Source: Psammoneis japonica (taxonomy: Eukaryota). From it: 64,000 bases of DNA. The notes below the pieces were generated by a model, which had not been told where the DNA came from, made no database searches, and worked only from the letters and a program-made list of their open reading frames with translations. The stretch is taken from positions 310,001-374,000 of the forward strand of contig QPGO01000077.1 of NCBI GenBank assembly GCA_008632985.1, given 5' to 3'. Positions 47,033-59,878 of this stretch are shown here, piece after piece. The position numbers and the translations under genes were made by a program. The first letter of the stretch is position 1. The number at the start of each line of letters is the position of its first letter.

Positions 47033-47283
47033 TCATCGTGGGACCCCACAAATACGGAGGGACCCGCAACCCGGAAATGTGTAGAGTTCTACGTGAATGT
47101 ATGGGGACTGTTCACGTAGGTTTTGTACCAGAGCTATCTCGCGAACTAGGCGTTTTTTCGGATTTTTGTCGTAGAAACTGTACCAGTTTTGCGTATGTAG
47201 GCTACATGTTTCAGTACCACATACAAAAATTCGCGTAGAGCTCTACAGGAGGGTCCCTCCGTATTTGTGGGGTCTCACGATGA
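47033..47283. mobile_element. MITE-like element with ~33-bp TIRs and putative TATT target duplication
   Basis: TCATCGTGGGACCCCACAAATACGGAGGGACCC ... GGGTCCCTCCGTATTTGTGGGGTCTCACGATGA (one mismatch); TATT on both sides. Confidence 0.8.
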
Positions 47284-47901
47284 TATTGGCCCGGTACGGT
47301 AGAACCGAGCAGACAGAGCACAGAGTAGCCCTCTACTCTAGCTAGCTACTAGAACTAGCTACTCTACTAGTCTAGACTCTAGTAGAGAGCCACCATTGTA
47401 GAGTAGATGGAGACTTTTAACTCCCGAATTTTCCACTTGGCAAACACTGTGATCTGCAAAGAGCCTGGTGTCAAAGTCCAGCACTGCCCTCAGGTCGGTG
47501 TCACGTCCGCGATGTTGAACATCTCAAAATCATGTCATCATTGGCGGCGCATCAAGTGGGGTGAACTCCATCAAATCTTGAACGTCGCAACTTGTTTTTT
47601 ATCTCCAGCATTTTTCGCTGTGGAACAGCCGGAAGGAATAAACGGAACGGAACGGAAATGGGAAACTGCATCGTCCGTACGTCACTACGATCGAAAGATC
47701 AGTTTTGGTTTTGATGCCATTTTGGATTTTGCCATTTATATTAGTCTAGTTTTTAGGACGTTCTGAGTTGCAAGTGTTGCGTCGTTGTGTAAGTTGCATT
47801 CACATTATCGAAAAAGAGACCGCCGGAGGAATTGATCGTATTAACATAGGCACGGTTGCTTCGTTGTAGAGTCAAGAGAAGAATCGAAACGATACAGAAA
47901 A

Positions 47902-48449
47902 ATGGACAATCTCGCACCAGCGCAACTCGACCCGAGCGAAATCCCGGAAGGATTTACCGCGGCTTCAGCGGGAGGCGATAATGAAAAGCAGGCCGAGACA
48001 CAGAGCCGTGAAGCACAAAAGCAAGCCATCTTGGAACAAGCTCTTACACCGGAGGCTCTTGAAAGGCTAAGACGAATCAAGGTGAGTCTGGTGGCTATTG
48101 CAAAACAAGTATCTGTGTCGCATCGCGTGTTGTGTATGTAATGTGATGCTTGTCAGCATATTCAATATTTTTGTAAGTCACCTCACGAAGCGACGTATTG
48201 TTTGTGATTTCCCTCTTGTCTTTTGCTAAGCTCGTGAAAGTCGACAAAGCAAACAAAATCGAATCCATGATTGTAGCAATGGCCATGCAGGGAAAGCTAC
48301 CAGGGAGAATCAACGAGGGAAAATTAATTGAAATGTTGGAGGGATTGGGAGCCCAGCAGGGTGCAACTGGTGAAAACAAAATATCGATTCAACGAAAGAA
48401 ATACGCATTCGATTCCGACGACGATGATGATGACGACGATTTGCTGTAA
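47902..48449 (+). CDS. PDCD5: Programmed cell death protein 5 homologue, two exons
   Basis: ILEQALTPEALERLRRIK|LVKVDKANKIE...LIEML...ISIQRK..DSDDD; intron 48082-48230. Confidence 0.9.
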
Positions 48450-48669
48450 GCTGCCGGAAACAACTCGCTTTCTGCAACCGCGCAGCGGAAGAATGAGGCT
48501 TTTGTCTAGCACGAGTGTGTTATCAAATATGCATTGGAAAAAGTATTCAAATTTTCGTTTGTTCCTTCATCTCTTTTTCTGCAATGATGGCATTAATATC
48601 TTAGCTTCTTTAGGTTGTTTTCGGGACGCACTCCGGCTTGCACTTTGTATGCCTGCTTGGTCATTACAG

Positions 48670-49350
48670 TTACACCGCTGCATTGGCGCTCACCGGTTCG
48701 ACGCGAAGTTGACCTACGGGAATTTCCTCGTAGATATCAACAGTTGCTCCGCCAAATGGATCTGCTTTGACAGTCTCCATTTCCCGTACATTCAGAGTTG
48801 CTCCCTTCAATGACACTTCTCCGCTGTCCTTGTCACGAACATGAGTTATTTGAGCGAACAGTTTAAGCGGCTTTACGGAATCGTTATCTTCCCCAGGAAG
48901 TGCAACACTGCCGGTTTCCAGCTGGAGTAGCATATATGGGTAGAGAGGTTCCTGGAATAGCCCCCAAATCCACAGCCCGTCCTTGCGGTCTTCTGGATCT
49001 TCTGACAGTTTCCAAAACCCGTTTGTGATTGTCAGCGTTTTTGAAGCGCCACTTTCGCCAGTTTGATCAGCAGCCACCTGACGCACATTGCCTTGTGGTG
49101 GTTCGTAACCTTCGTCTTCCAAAAACTGGGCTTCCACAACAAAGAGCTGGTCGACCTTTTTACCGAGTTCTGTTGGGATACCATTCAACGAAAAGGAGAG
49201 TTTCCAGGTAGTCTCGTCCGTCAGCGTAGCCTTGGCCGATAAAGGTGTTGTCGAGAAGGCTCTAGACTGCGTGGGAACTTGCGGAGTGGTAAACCCATAT
49301 ACTGAGCTTGCTGTCGACAGCACCAACAGAATGACGAGAAACGATAGCAT
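48670..49350 (-). CDS. Hypothetical protein, probably plastid-targeted
   Basis: Signal peptide ending ASSVYG-F followed by a Thr/Ser-rich transit-like peptide; LSEDPEDRKDGLWIWGLFQEPLYP block. Confidence 0.7.
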   Translation of the reverse strand: MLSFLVILLVLSTASSVYGFTTPQVPTQSRAFSTTPLSAKATLTDETTWKLSFSLNGIPTELGKKVDQLFVVEAQFLEDEGYEPPQGNVRQVAADQTGESGASKTLTITNGFWKLSEDPEDRKDGLWIWGLFQEPLYPYMLLQLETGSVALPGEDNDSVKPLKLFAQITHVRDKDSGEVSLKGATLNVREMETVKADPFGGATVDIYEEIPVGQLRVEPVSANAAV

Positions 49351-49763
49351 TTGTCTAAAAAGTTCGAGATGCTTTTTCAGACCAGTTGAACACCAAACAA
49401 AACACCGCGTTTCCAAAGCAACCGCTAACGTTTCTGCCAACAGCTGTCGCCGGTTTCCAGTGCTCGCCAATGAGATGTAGGAAATGAAAGTCCTTATTCT
49501 GTAGTTGAACGAATGCGGCAACATAAGAGGTGAGCTGACGAGCGAGCGCGAGTTCAGAGTGATGAAAAGTTGTGAGTCAGTCGCGGGAGAGATGGATGAA
49601 GATAACCCGGAAGGTACGTTACTTTGTCCCCAAGTTGCGTAGAACTTGGTACGTTTCTACCTGGGTCGTGGGTTTTGGTCGCGTGAGTTCGATGATGGCG
49701 GGGCGGGAGTGATGAGTGATGTTGATGTCAAAAAGCAAAACGCGAAGAGGCAGAACAACACAC

Positions 49764-52215
49764 ATGTCAAAACGTGAACATGACAAGGCAGAATACTCAA
49801 CTGCTGTCAGCGCTCACGAGTATGTAGGACTGTCAACTTTCTATGATGAGCACGAATAATATTGAAAAACCAGGTGATCCTCGATTGGGCAGCTTGCTGC
49901 ATGAGGGGCTGAACGGTGACATTGTTTTTGTACTCTGGCCGTGTGATGAGGTATGCTAGAACGTTGCTCCGTTTGATGCGACTTGGTCTACCGTGCATAG
50001 ATCCTAATCATTCATTGTGAATTGCGATGTATTTTATTTACAGGGTGTCAAGCGAAACGGGGGACGACTTGGTGCGGCAGGAGCGCCTGCGAGGTTTCTA
50101 CAGTTTCTTAAAAGCATGGGAACTATCCATAATCCGGAGTATGACATCGATTTGTCATCCATTGAATTGTCGTATTATTTTGTCAACCTAAAAGATCTGG
50201 ATTTTGACAAGGACAAAGGTGCATTGGACAAAGCGCACGATCGTCTAACGGAGATAGTATCCAAAGTGCTCGATTCGGGAGGAGTTCCCTTTTGTATCGG
50301 TGGAGGCAACGACCAATCATTTGCAAACTGGAGAGCTTGAGGCAGTCAGTGGCAAAAGGCTCCCGAATAGGAGTTGTGAACGTCGACGCTCACTTGGATG
50401 TTCGGCCACTTGCCAATGGACAGCCTCATTCGGGTACGCCGTTTCGGCAAATTCTGGACTACGACGCCGCAGCCAGAGACGGGACAACAGTCTTGTGTGA
50501 ATTCGCAGCTCAAGGCAGTCAGTGTAGCAAGGCCATGCGAACTATGTAACTTGCAGGGGAGGCTCGATAATGTGGTTGAGTCAAGTACGAACCGTCGCCA
50601 TGTCCCACTTTAAAGATGTTTTGGCACGCCATCATGCCTCTGGCATAGACCATGAGTTCGTGTCATTCGACTTGGACGCGATCAAAGCTTCTGACTGCCC
50701 CGGTGTCTCGTGCCCATCCAACACCGGTCTCACGGCAGAGGACGCAATAGGAATCATGAGAATGGCGGGGGAGGCAAGGCATGTAAAACTTGTGGACATG
50801 TCGGAAATGAATCCAAAGATTGAGGACTACATTACCCCTCGCCTTGCCGTGCAAATGGCGTATTCTTTTATTCTTGGCTACACGAAGCGCGACCGCGAAT
50901 CAGTTCCTTTGAAAGACCGACACTTGAGCATTCCGCATCGTCGGGCTTTTCGCCTTCGTATTTCCCACCTGAGTCAGTTAGTTTGCGTCGAAGATGTTCA
51001 GAAACAGGGTTTCCGAACGGGCGAGCATATGAGGATACTCAACATTGTCGAGGATGGCACGATTCTTGTGGATCGGAATGGCCGCATTGCTTATGCTGGT
51101 CCAGCCGAGGATGCTCCTGATGTTGACAAGGACGAAGTCGAACAGGAAATTGATGGAGAAGGCAAATCAGCCATACCTGGACTCTGTGATGGACATACAC
51201 ATTCCTGTTGGGCTGGTGATAGAGTGAATGAATTTTCGATGAAGCTAGCGGGCGCCACTTACATGGATATTCACAAGAAAGGCGGGGGCATAGGCTTCAC
51301 TGTCAAACACACCCAACAAACTGACGAAGCGAGCTTGTACACAAGTCTGATAGAGCGACTAGATGACATGAATAAGACTGGTACGACACTTGTGGAATGC
51401 AAAGCGGTTACGGGCTCGATGTTACGACTGAGCTAAAAATGCTGCGAGTAATTGATAAGGCTCATCACAATCTGGGGCACGTAGACGTTGTTGGGAATTT
51501 CTGTGGTGCGCACTCGATTCTACAAGGAATGACGGAGGAAGAAGCCTTGGATTGCGTAATAAACAAAATGATCCCGGCTTTGACTGAGGAGAAGAAACAT
51601 GGTAGAATGGCCTCGACAAGGCTAATTGACGTGTTTGCAGAAGATGGGGTATTTAGCAACTCGTCGACAAAAGCTATTCTCGAAGCTGGAGCACGAATTG
51701 GATTGCTCGGCAATTTTCACGGTGATGAACTCACGTATCAAGCATGCGGCGAACTGGCTGGAAAATTGAGGTGCCGCGCAGTGAGCCACCTAGAGCATGT
51801 CAGCGATGAAGGAATTTCAGCAATGGCAGAAAGCCATACGGCAGCTATACTTCTACCCACTACGGCCTATGTGCTAAGGATGAAGCCACCCCCTGCCCGT
51901 AAACTTATCGACAACGGGGTTCCCGTTGCTCTCGGCTCAGACTTCAATCCAAACGCCCACTGCTCATCCATGGCTCACGTGATGAATCTTGCATGCGTCA
52001 CGATGCATTTGTGTGTTGAAGAAGCCCTTGTTGCCAGCACGCTTAACGCAGCATACTCAATGGGCATGCAAGAGAGTCACGGCAGTTTGGAAGTCGGCAA
52101 GCACGGCGACATTGTACTTGTAAATGCTCGACGATGGGAGCACATCATTTATCAATTCGGTGGCATCCCGCCTTTGTTCGCCGTGATCAAAGACGGAATC
52201 GTAAGACGTTTGTAA
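49764..52215 (+). CDS. Fusion of formimidoylglutamase (HutG, arginase fold) and imidazolonepropionase (HutI/AMDHD1); intron 49951-50043, apparent indel frameshifts
   Basis: Hut[54 protein letters not shown]. Hut[41 protein letters not shown]. Both occur in the single ORF 50570-51436. Start codon uncertain. Confidence 0.88.
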
Positions 52216-52254
52216 ATCCGTGTTATGCTGAGAGTTCTAGTTTACTTTGTGAGA

Positions 52255-55200
52255 TTAAAGGTGCTTCATTGGCATGTTAATGCTGTGCTTTCTCGCCGTT
52301 TCTTCTGCTTCTTCGTACCCAGCATCGACGTGGCGCATGACACCGGTAGCAGGGTCGCCTTGCAAGACTCGTCTCAAGCGCAACTCTGCTTCTTGTGTCC
52401 CATCAGCGACAATAACTTGTCCAGCATGAATAGATTTGCCAATGCCGACCCCACCTCCATGATGTATTGAAACCCAAGTTGCACCATTCACCGAATTTAT
52501 CATGGCATTGAGCAGCGGCCAGTCAGCAATAGCGTCGGAACCGTCCTTCATACTTTCAGTTTCTCTGTTTGGCGAAGCGACAGAGCCGCAATCAAGGTGA
52601 TCTCTCCCTATCACGATCGGTGCTGAGATTTTACCTTGGGCTACAAGTTGGTTGATGCGTACTCCAAACGCTTCTCGTTCGCCCATACCAAGCCAACAGA
52701 TTCGACAAGGAAGCCCTTGGAATTGAACTTTTTCTTGAGCTTGATCAATCCAACGTCGAAGAGGTTCGTCATTAGGAAATAGCTCCTTCACAGCCTCGTC
52801 AGTCACCGCAATATCCCTTGGATCTCCTGATAAAGCAACCCACCGAAAGGGCCCACGACCACGACAGAACTGAGGACGAATGAAGAGGGGTACAAATCCT
52901 TGAAACGAGAAAGCTTTTTCATAGCCACCTGCTTTCGCCTGACCACGAATATTGTTTCCATAGTCAAATACTACGGATCCCTTTTCTTTGAAGCCGACCA
53001 TTGATCTAACTTGCTCCACCATTGACATGATCGACCGCTTTTTGTAGTCCTCGGGGTCGGACTTTCGAAGTCGAAGTGCCTCTGGGTAGCGCATTCCATT
53101 TGGCACGTATCCGTTTAGTTCGTCGTGGGCAGAGGTTTGATCAGTCTAAACAGTTGCCACACGAGGACAGAGTTGAGGGCAATCGTTCCGCAGTAATGCA
53201 TGAGAATCCTCAAAGGATGGGACTTACCACCACGTCGGGGATGATACCTCTTGCAAGTAGCGCGGGGAACACGTCTGCGGCGTTGGCGACAACCCCGACA
53301 GACAAAGGAGTGTTGTTTGCCACTGCCTCTTGACACCACGAAATTGCTTCGTCTAGAGTCTCAGTGAGGCGATCCAAATACCGCGTCCTGATTCTGCGCT
53401 GGGCTCGATCCTTGTCTACTTCGACGCAGAGAGCCACGCCGCCGTTCATAGTGATAGCAAGTGGCTGAGCACCTATGGAATGAATGAATACGAAAATGTT
53501 GAGATCTGCCCGTGAAGAAAAAATGACGACACACAAAACAATTTGTAAGTTAGTCTACGAACCTCCCATTCCCCCGAGCCCTCCTGTGAGTACCAGCCTA
53601 CCAGCGAGAGTTCCATCGTAATGCTGCCTGGCTAATTCTGCAAGAGTCTCAAAGGTCCCCTGAAGAATTCCTTGGCTTCCGATATAAATCCATGAACCAG
53701 CAGTCATTTGGCCATACATGATTAACCCTTTCGCTTCGAGTTCGCGGAAGTAATCCCAGGTCGCCCACGATGGGACAAGGTTGGAGTTTGCTATTAGGAC
53801 TCGTGGAGCATCACGGTGGCTTCGAACGACACCCACCGGCTTTCCAGACTGTACCAATAAAGTTTCATCATCCTCGAGCTCCGTTAGCACCTTTAGGATC
53901 GCGGTCAACGCTTCGTGGTTCCGTGCAGCCTTGCCGGTGCCTCCATACACAACAAGGTGGTCAGGGTCCTCTGCCACATCTGGGTCCAGGTTGTTCAAAA
54001 GCATGCGATACGCAGCCTCTTGTTGCCATCCTTTGCAGTGCATTGTCTTTTTGGGAGCCACCGTCCCGCCATTTATCTCGCTCTGACTTGCGGCATTAAG
54101 AGCGCATTGTACCGTCTTGGAGAGAATCCCGCTTCGCACTAGACGAGCCGCGGCCGCCATGTGCGGTGCCATCTCCACATCTTCTGGAAGAAACGGAATG
54201 TTTGAGCGAACGAGATCATGTGCTGCGGATGTACCTCTCCCCATTTTGGCGTTACTACCAAGCTCTCGACGCCGATACTCGACACCTTGTGCTGCAGCCA
54301 ACAATTCGATTCCCAGAATATTCTCAAGGTTTCGGAGGATACGTCTAGCTTGTCGAACCGAGATGGGACCATTGGACACGTGATCTTCCACGTTTGCTGA
54401 AGTGGGGAGGCTGTCGGCACTAGCAGGGAAACAAAGTGCCTTGTTTTCACTGGCCAGCGCTGCCGAAGTGTACTGTGTAAGCATAAACCCCGAATTCAAG
54501 CCACCCTTTTCTGTCAGAAATGGAGGTAGAATACCATTATTGCTCGCCGGATCGGTAAGGCGATTCAGTCTCCGTTCCGAGATGTTTCCTATTTCAGTCA
54601 TTGCGAGCGAGAGATCATCAAAGGTGAGTGCTAGGGGTTCCCCATGAAAGTTCCCACCGCTCTTGGCAACAGCGGATCCATCGTCTTGGAAAAAGATGAG
54701 CGGGTTGTCCGTAACACTGTTCAATTCAATGCTCAAAATCCGTCTCGCATTTTGAAAGGCGTCAGCACAAGCTCCGTGCACCTGCGGCATGCATCGAAGC
54801 GAGTACGCGTCCTGAGGATCTTCTCCGAGATCGGAACGAACAAACGTGGATCCTTCCAATAGCGCTCGCAGCTCCCTTGCCGTTTCAATCTGACTCGGGT
54901 GCGGACGAACCTTTTGAATGTCGGGATCAAGGGCTGCCGCGGTTCCGTATAACGCCTCCAACGACAACGCACCGGTAATGTTGGCCACGTGCGCACAATT
55001 CTCGGCTTCCACAATCGCTAAGCACCCCAACGCTGCCATCATGGCTGTACCGTTTGTCAATGCCAAACCTTCTTTTGCTTCCAACTCAACTGGTTTTAAT
55101 TCTACTTTTGCCAATGCCTCGGCGCCAGCAAGGACTTTTCCGTCAACCACAGCTTTTCCTTCACCAATCATGACCAGCGACATGTGAGCCAACGGAGCAA

Positions 55201-55648
55201 GGTCGCCACTCGCACCCAATGATCCTTGTCGGGGCACAATGGGATGAACCCTCCGTTCAATCATGTTTAGCAATAGTTCAAGAGTTGTCAGTCGTATACC
55301 AGAATACCCCGAAGCCAACGTGTTTGCCCGAATGAGCATCATGGCACGAACGGCGTCGGCTTCGAGAGGCTTGCCAACTCCGGCAGCATGAGATCGAACA
55401 ATGTTGCGTTGCAATTCTTTCAAATCAGCCTTTTCGATCAAGGTCTTTCGGAATGCTCCAAATCCTGTAGTGACACCATAGACCGTCTTGTTTTCGTTTA
55501 CCATTTCTTGTACGGCCTCTGCACTCTTGTTGACCGCCTCAATCGCATCTCTTGACAGTCGCAACTTTACCGTCTCTTGTTCTGCTTTTGCAATCGCCAC
55601 CACATTTTCAATTGTCAGTTGATGTCCATCAATTGTTAGTTCCAACAT
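52255..55648 (-). CDS. Fusion of histidine ammonia-lyase (HutH) and urocanate hydratase (HutU), three exons
   Basis: [32 protein letters not shown] (MIO), [15 protein letters not shown]. In frame with Hut[80 protein letters not shown]. Introns 53473-53562 and 53146-53227 splice in frame. Confidence 0.93.
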
Positions 55649-56053
55649 TTTCTATTGTTTGATTGGAAGAAATGGGACTTGATGTGATGATGGCGGTGTC
55701 AGAATTTTTTGTCATTTTGGATTTTGCGACCCCAAAAAAAAATGAGAAGCGAATGCTCACGGATGACGGGCAGAACAGAGAGTTTCGGTGGTGTTCCCAA
55801 ATTGTTTCCACGTTTGAGATTCCGGATTCCGATGAAAAGCTGAGGCAATGACGTGTTGAGTACTACAAAAAACGTATGATCTACATACGAGTTTCGCTGG
55901 TACTGATACCACGTAGCATCCGCCCACTTTTGGCCTCTTTCCAGCGCCTTCGACAAAGACAGAGCGTTTCACGGCCGTGCCGTTCTTGTGTTTTGTTTGG
56001 GCAATTGTTTTGATTTGTGAGCGAGCCAACGACGCCCGAGATTGACATCCATC

Positions 56054-59000
56054 ATGTCGAACGAAGTGGTAGAGAATGGTAAACAAAACGGAGAAGCAGC
56101 GGCGGCGGTTCAGCCAATACTAGGCATGGAGGGAACTCCCGCTGAAGCTCCTGCTCAGTCAAAACCCAAACCTACTTTTGCTCGTTCCGACACAGCAGAC
56201 ACGTTGGAATCTTCGGAAGATGTGGACGAAGAAGAAGCGCTGCTTGTTTCCATCGAAAAGCAACAGGAAAAAGAAGACGCAGAGGAAGCGGCACACCCAC
56301 ACCCTCAACCCAAAGACATTGCATCTGCACCGAAATTGCTGCAGGACATGCTGAAAAAGGGAGAAGTAAAGGCGGACGAGTCAGAAGAAGAGTCAGAAAA
56401 GGAAGAGAAAGCGTCGAAAGAGGCCGCAGTAGCGAAAAAAGGAACTGAAGAAGAGAAAAAGGGCGAGGAAGGGGAGGCACCTCCGTCTCCCGTGCGACAC
56501 TACCATACGAGGGTAGGTGGTATCTTTTGTCATTGTTTTGGATCCATATGTCGTGCTCGAAAGGTTGCAGTGCTTTGTTTGGTGCTGTATTGTGCTCAGA
56601 CAGGTCTTAATGAGACAAGTTGAGGGTATACAGTGAGAATGTCGAAGAAGCGGTTCTCCTGCGCTGTTTTTCGATTTTCCCGCTTTTTTTTGTTCCCTCA
56701 CGTCTCGCCCACGCGTCTTTCTTACGATTTTTAAATTTCCCTCTTGTACACAGAGAAGTCAACTGGACGAGCTACTCAAAAAGGCTTCTCAGTACTCTGG
56801 TTTCATCTCCAGAGACTTGGAAGAGCTTCAAGAGTCCTTGACGCAAACCGCAAAGAAAAAAGTAAAGTCAGCCGAAAAGAGCAGAAAGCGCAAGGCAAAG
56901 GCCGGGGGCTCTTCCAAGAAGAAATCGAAAAAGAATGACGGTGAGGCTGCTCTCAAGTCTGCGCAAGAGAAGCACGCCTCCGAAATGCTTCATGCAGGTT
57001 CGAAACCGATCTTTGTCCAGCCACCCAACTTGGCTGCCGGCTGTGTCCTCAAGGACTATCAGCTGGAGGGTGTGCGCTGGCTCACCTCCTTGTTTGAGAA
57101 CGGCGTATCTGGTATCCTTGCGGATGAAATGGGACTCGGTAAGAGAAGTTGGCCCAATTTCACCTACAGCGGATATTATTGTTTTGCGCAAGAGTGAATG
57201 AGTTGCTAACAAACGTCTCTTTTCTGTTCCACTACTGCTGCTATTTTTCATTAGGAAAAACTATCCAGGTTATTGCATTGATTGCGCATCTCTTGACCAA
57301 GAACGTTGCGGGGCCGTTTCTCATTGTTGCTCCTCTTGCTACCCTTCCTAATTGGGTGCGCGAGTTCCAGAAATGGCTTCCGCAGAGACCCGTTCTACGC
57401 TATCACGGCAGTGCTACCGACCGCGATGCTATGCTCAAGGGCATGATGCATCCAAAGCAACGAAAGCTCCCGACCTTTCCCTTTATTGTGACCTCGTACG
57501 AAGTAGCCATTCGAGATCAGTCCAAGCTGGAAAAGTTGAACGAATACACCTATCTCATTGTCGACGAAGGGCAGCGCCTCAAGAATCACCGTTGTACGCT
57601 GCTTGCGTCGCTAAAGCGGCTCAAGGCGAATAACCGTTTGTTGCTCAGCGGAACCCCCATCCAGAACAACTTGGACGAATTGTGGAGTCTTCTCAACTTT
57701 GTAAATCCCGATATCTTTGACGACCTTAAGGTTTTCCAGAGTTGGTTTGGTTTCAAGGATATTGGACAGATTGACAAGGGAGGTACTAAAGAAGAGGCAA
57801 TCATGATGGAACAGCGCAAGAACGACACTGTCTCCAAGCTTCACGAGATTCTTCGTCCGTTCCTTCTACGACGCATCAAGAGCAATGTGCTCTCCGAGTT
57901 GCCTCCAAAGAAGGAGGTTGTGGTTTACTCGGGCATGTCCAAGTTGCAGTCCGGGTATGCGGATCTTATTGAGAAGGGTGTTCTGAGGGATACCCTCATT
58001 AGCCAAGGTATCGAACAGGGTCGTACATTGAGCCAGACAAACAAGCAGATGAATCACCGCAAGAATGTCAACCACCCCTTTTTGTTCGGAGAACCCATTG
58101 ACCCGGCCACTGGAGCGCACCTTGGAACCGCCCACCCGCAGCTTCTCGTCCGTGCCAGCGGCAAGTTTGCTCTGCTTGATCGAATGCTTGATCGGTTGCA
58201 CCGTGACAAGCACCAAGTTCTTATCTTCAGCCAAATGACATCGCTGCTGAATGTAATTGAAGACTACTTGCTCTATAGGAAGTGGAGGTACTGCCGCATT
58301 GACGGTTCAACCAACATTGATGACCGTCAGAGTCAGATGGACAGGTTTAACGCGGAGCAGACGGCAGGCAAGGACGGAACTAGGAATGATAGCGATGACC
58401 GCTGTTTTGTGTTTTTGCTCAGCACCAGGGCTGGTGGTCTCGGAATCAACTTGGTAAGTCATCATGGTTGGGAGCTTTATGCATTCAGCTGCTCTAGAAT
58501 GGAGAGTCTCTCACCTCGTTACCATATGTCTGTTGACTGAAGGCAACGGCCGATACGTGCATCATTTTTGATAGGTACGTCGAGATTGTACAGTACTCCA
58601 TTGACAGTTGACCAGACGTTTTCTTGTTCTCTCAACTCTTTCTATTGTTGTCCTTTCTTCTTCCTGCGACAGCGACTGGAATCCGCACCAGGATTCGCAG
58701 GCAATGGACAGGTGCCATCGAATTGGCCAGACTCGCCCAGTTGCAGTGTATCGCCTACTCACAGCGGGTTCTGTCGACATTGAAATGATGGAGAAGCAGA
58801 TCTCGAAAAAGAAGCTCGAGCGCATGACCATCACGGGAGGCGACTTTAGAAAGGCAGGCAGCCGCTCGGTTGGAGAAAAGATCTCGTCCAACGAGCTGAA
58901 CAAGCTCTTGGAAGACGATATTAAGGATATTCACGCCAAGGGGGCGGATATTGAAAGTATCAAGATCAACGAAGACGAGTTCGATATGATTATGGATCGT

Positions 59001-59105
59001 GAGAAGTTGTTCGCGACGGGTGCGGATGCCATCAAGACCGAGGGCAAAATGTACGATGTTCTAGACGCTGCCAGCGGGGACCTTCTCGGAGGTGTGAATG
59101 CTTGA
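56054..59105 (+). CDS. DDM1: SNF2-family chromatin remodeller, DDM1/LSH/HELLS subfamily, five exons
   Basis: [106 protein letters not shown]; no chromo/bromo/SANT domains seen. Confidence 0.85.
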
Positions 59106-59196
59106 GTGATGATGCGATGAGCGCCTTGAGTTGGGTGCATCGGTTTTGTTATGAAGTTCGTGGAAAAGAGTTATTAGAGATGACACCGTCTTCTTG

Positions 59197-59878
59197 AAGA
59201 GACAGTGGACGACTCTCACCGACCACGATACAAGTAAAGTAGACTTATGGTATTTTGATCCTTTTGCTTGCACGAATTGTGATCAGTATAGAATATCTAG
59301 CTGTGCAACACTAAAATTGACTATCAAAGTTCTTCATTCGAATACACAGCACCTCCCCCGTTCGTTCCCTCTGGAGGATGGCTTATGAGCAGTTCATCAT
59401 ACGTCCCTTGTCGTGCATCTTCCGTCTCTTCAATCGTTACATGATCTGGCTCGTGCCCGTTCAAGTACCTGCTCCAAACAAGCTCGAGTCCAGTCTGAAA
59501 GTTCTTGACATATCGCGGAACGTCCCAATAGGGGTGCAAGAGACAGTGGACGACTCTCACCGACCACGATACAAGTAAAGTAGACTTATGGTATTTTGAT
59601 CCTTTTGCTTGCACGAATTGTGATCAGTATAGAATATCTAGCTGTGCAACACTAAAATTGACTATCAAAGTTCTTCATTCGAATACACAGCACCTCCCCC
59701 GTTCGTTCCCTCTGGAGGATGGCTTATGAGCAGTTCATCATACGTCCCTTGTCGTGCATCTTCCGTCTCTTCAATCGTTACATGATCTGGCTCGTGCCCG
59801 TTCAAGTACCTGCTCCAAACAAGCTCGAGTCCAGTCTGAAAGTTCTTGACATATCGCGGAACGTCCCAATAGGGGTGC
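59197..59878. repeat. Perfect 341-bp tandem duplication of the GT41 gene 3' end and downstream region
   Basis: 59197-59537 appears identical to 59538-59878. Confidence 0.93.

Noticed and set aside
49764..55648. Bacterial contamination as the source of the hut genes
   Set aside because: In-frame spliceosomal introns and direct contiguity with eukaryotic genes on both sides.
23822..59105. HDAC, deaminase, exonuclease and DDM1 as a silencing gene cluster
   Set aside because: They are spread over 35 kb among unrelated housekeeping genes, with no evidence of co-regulation.
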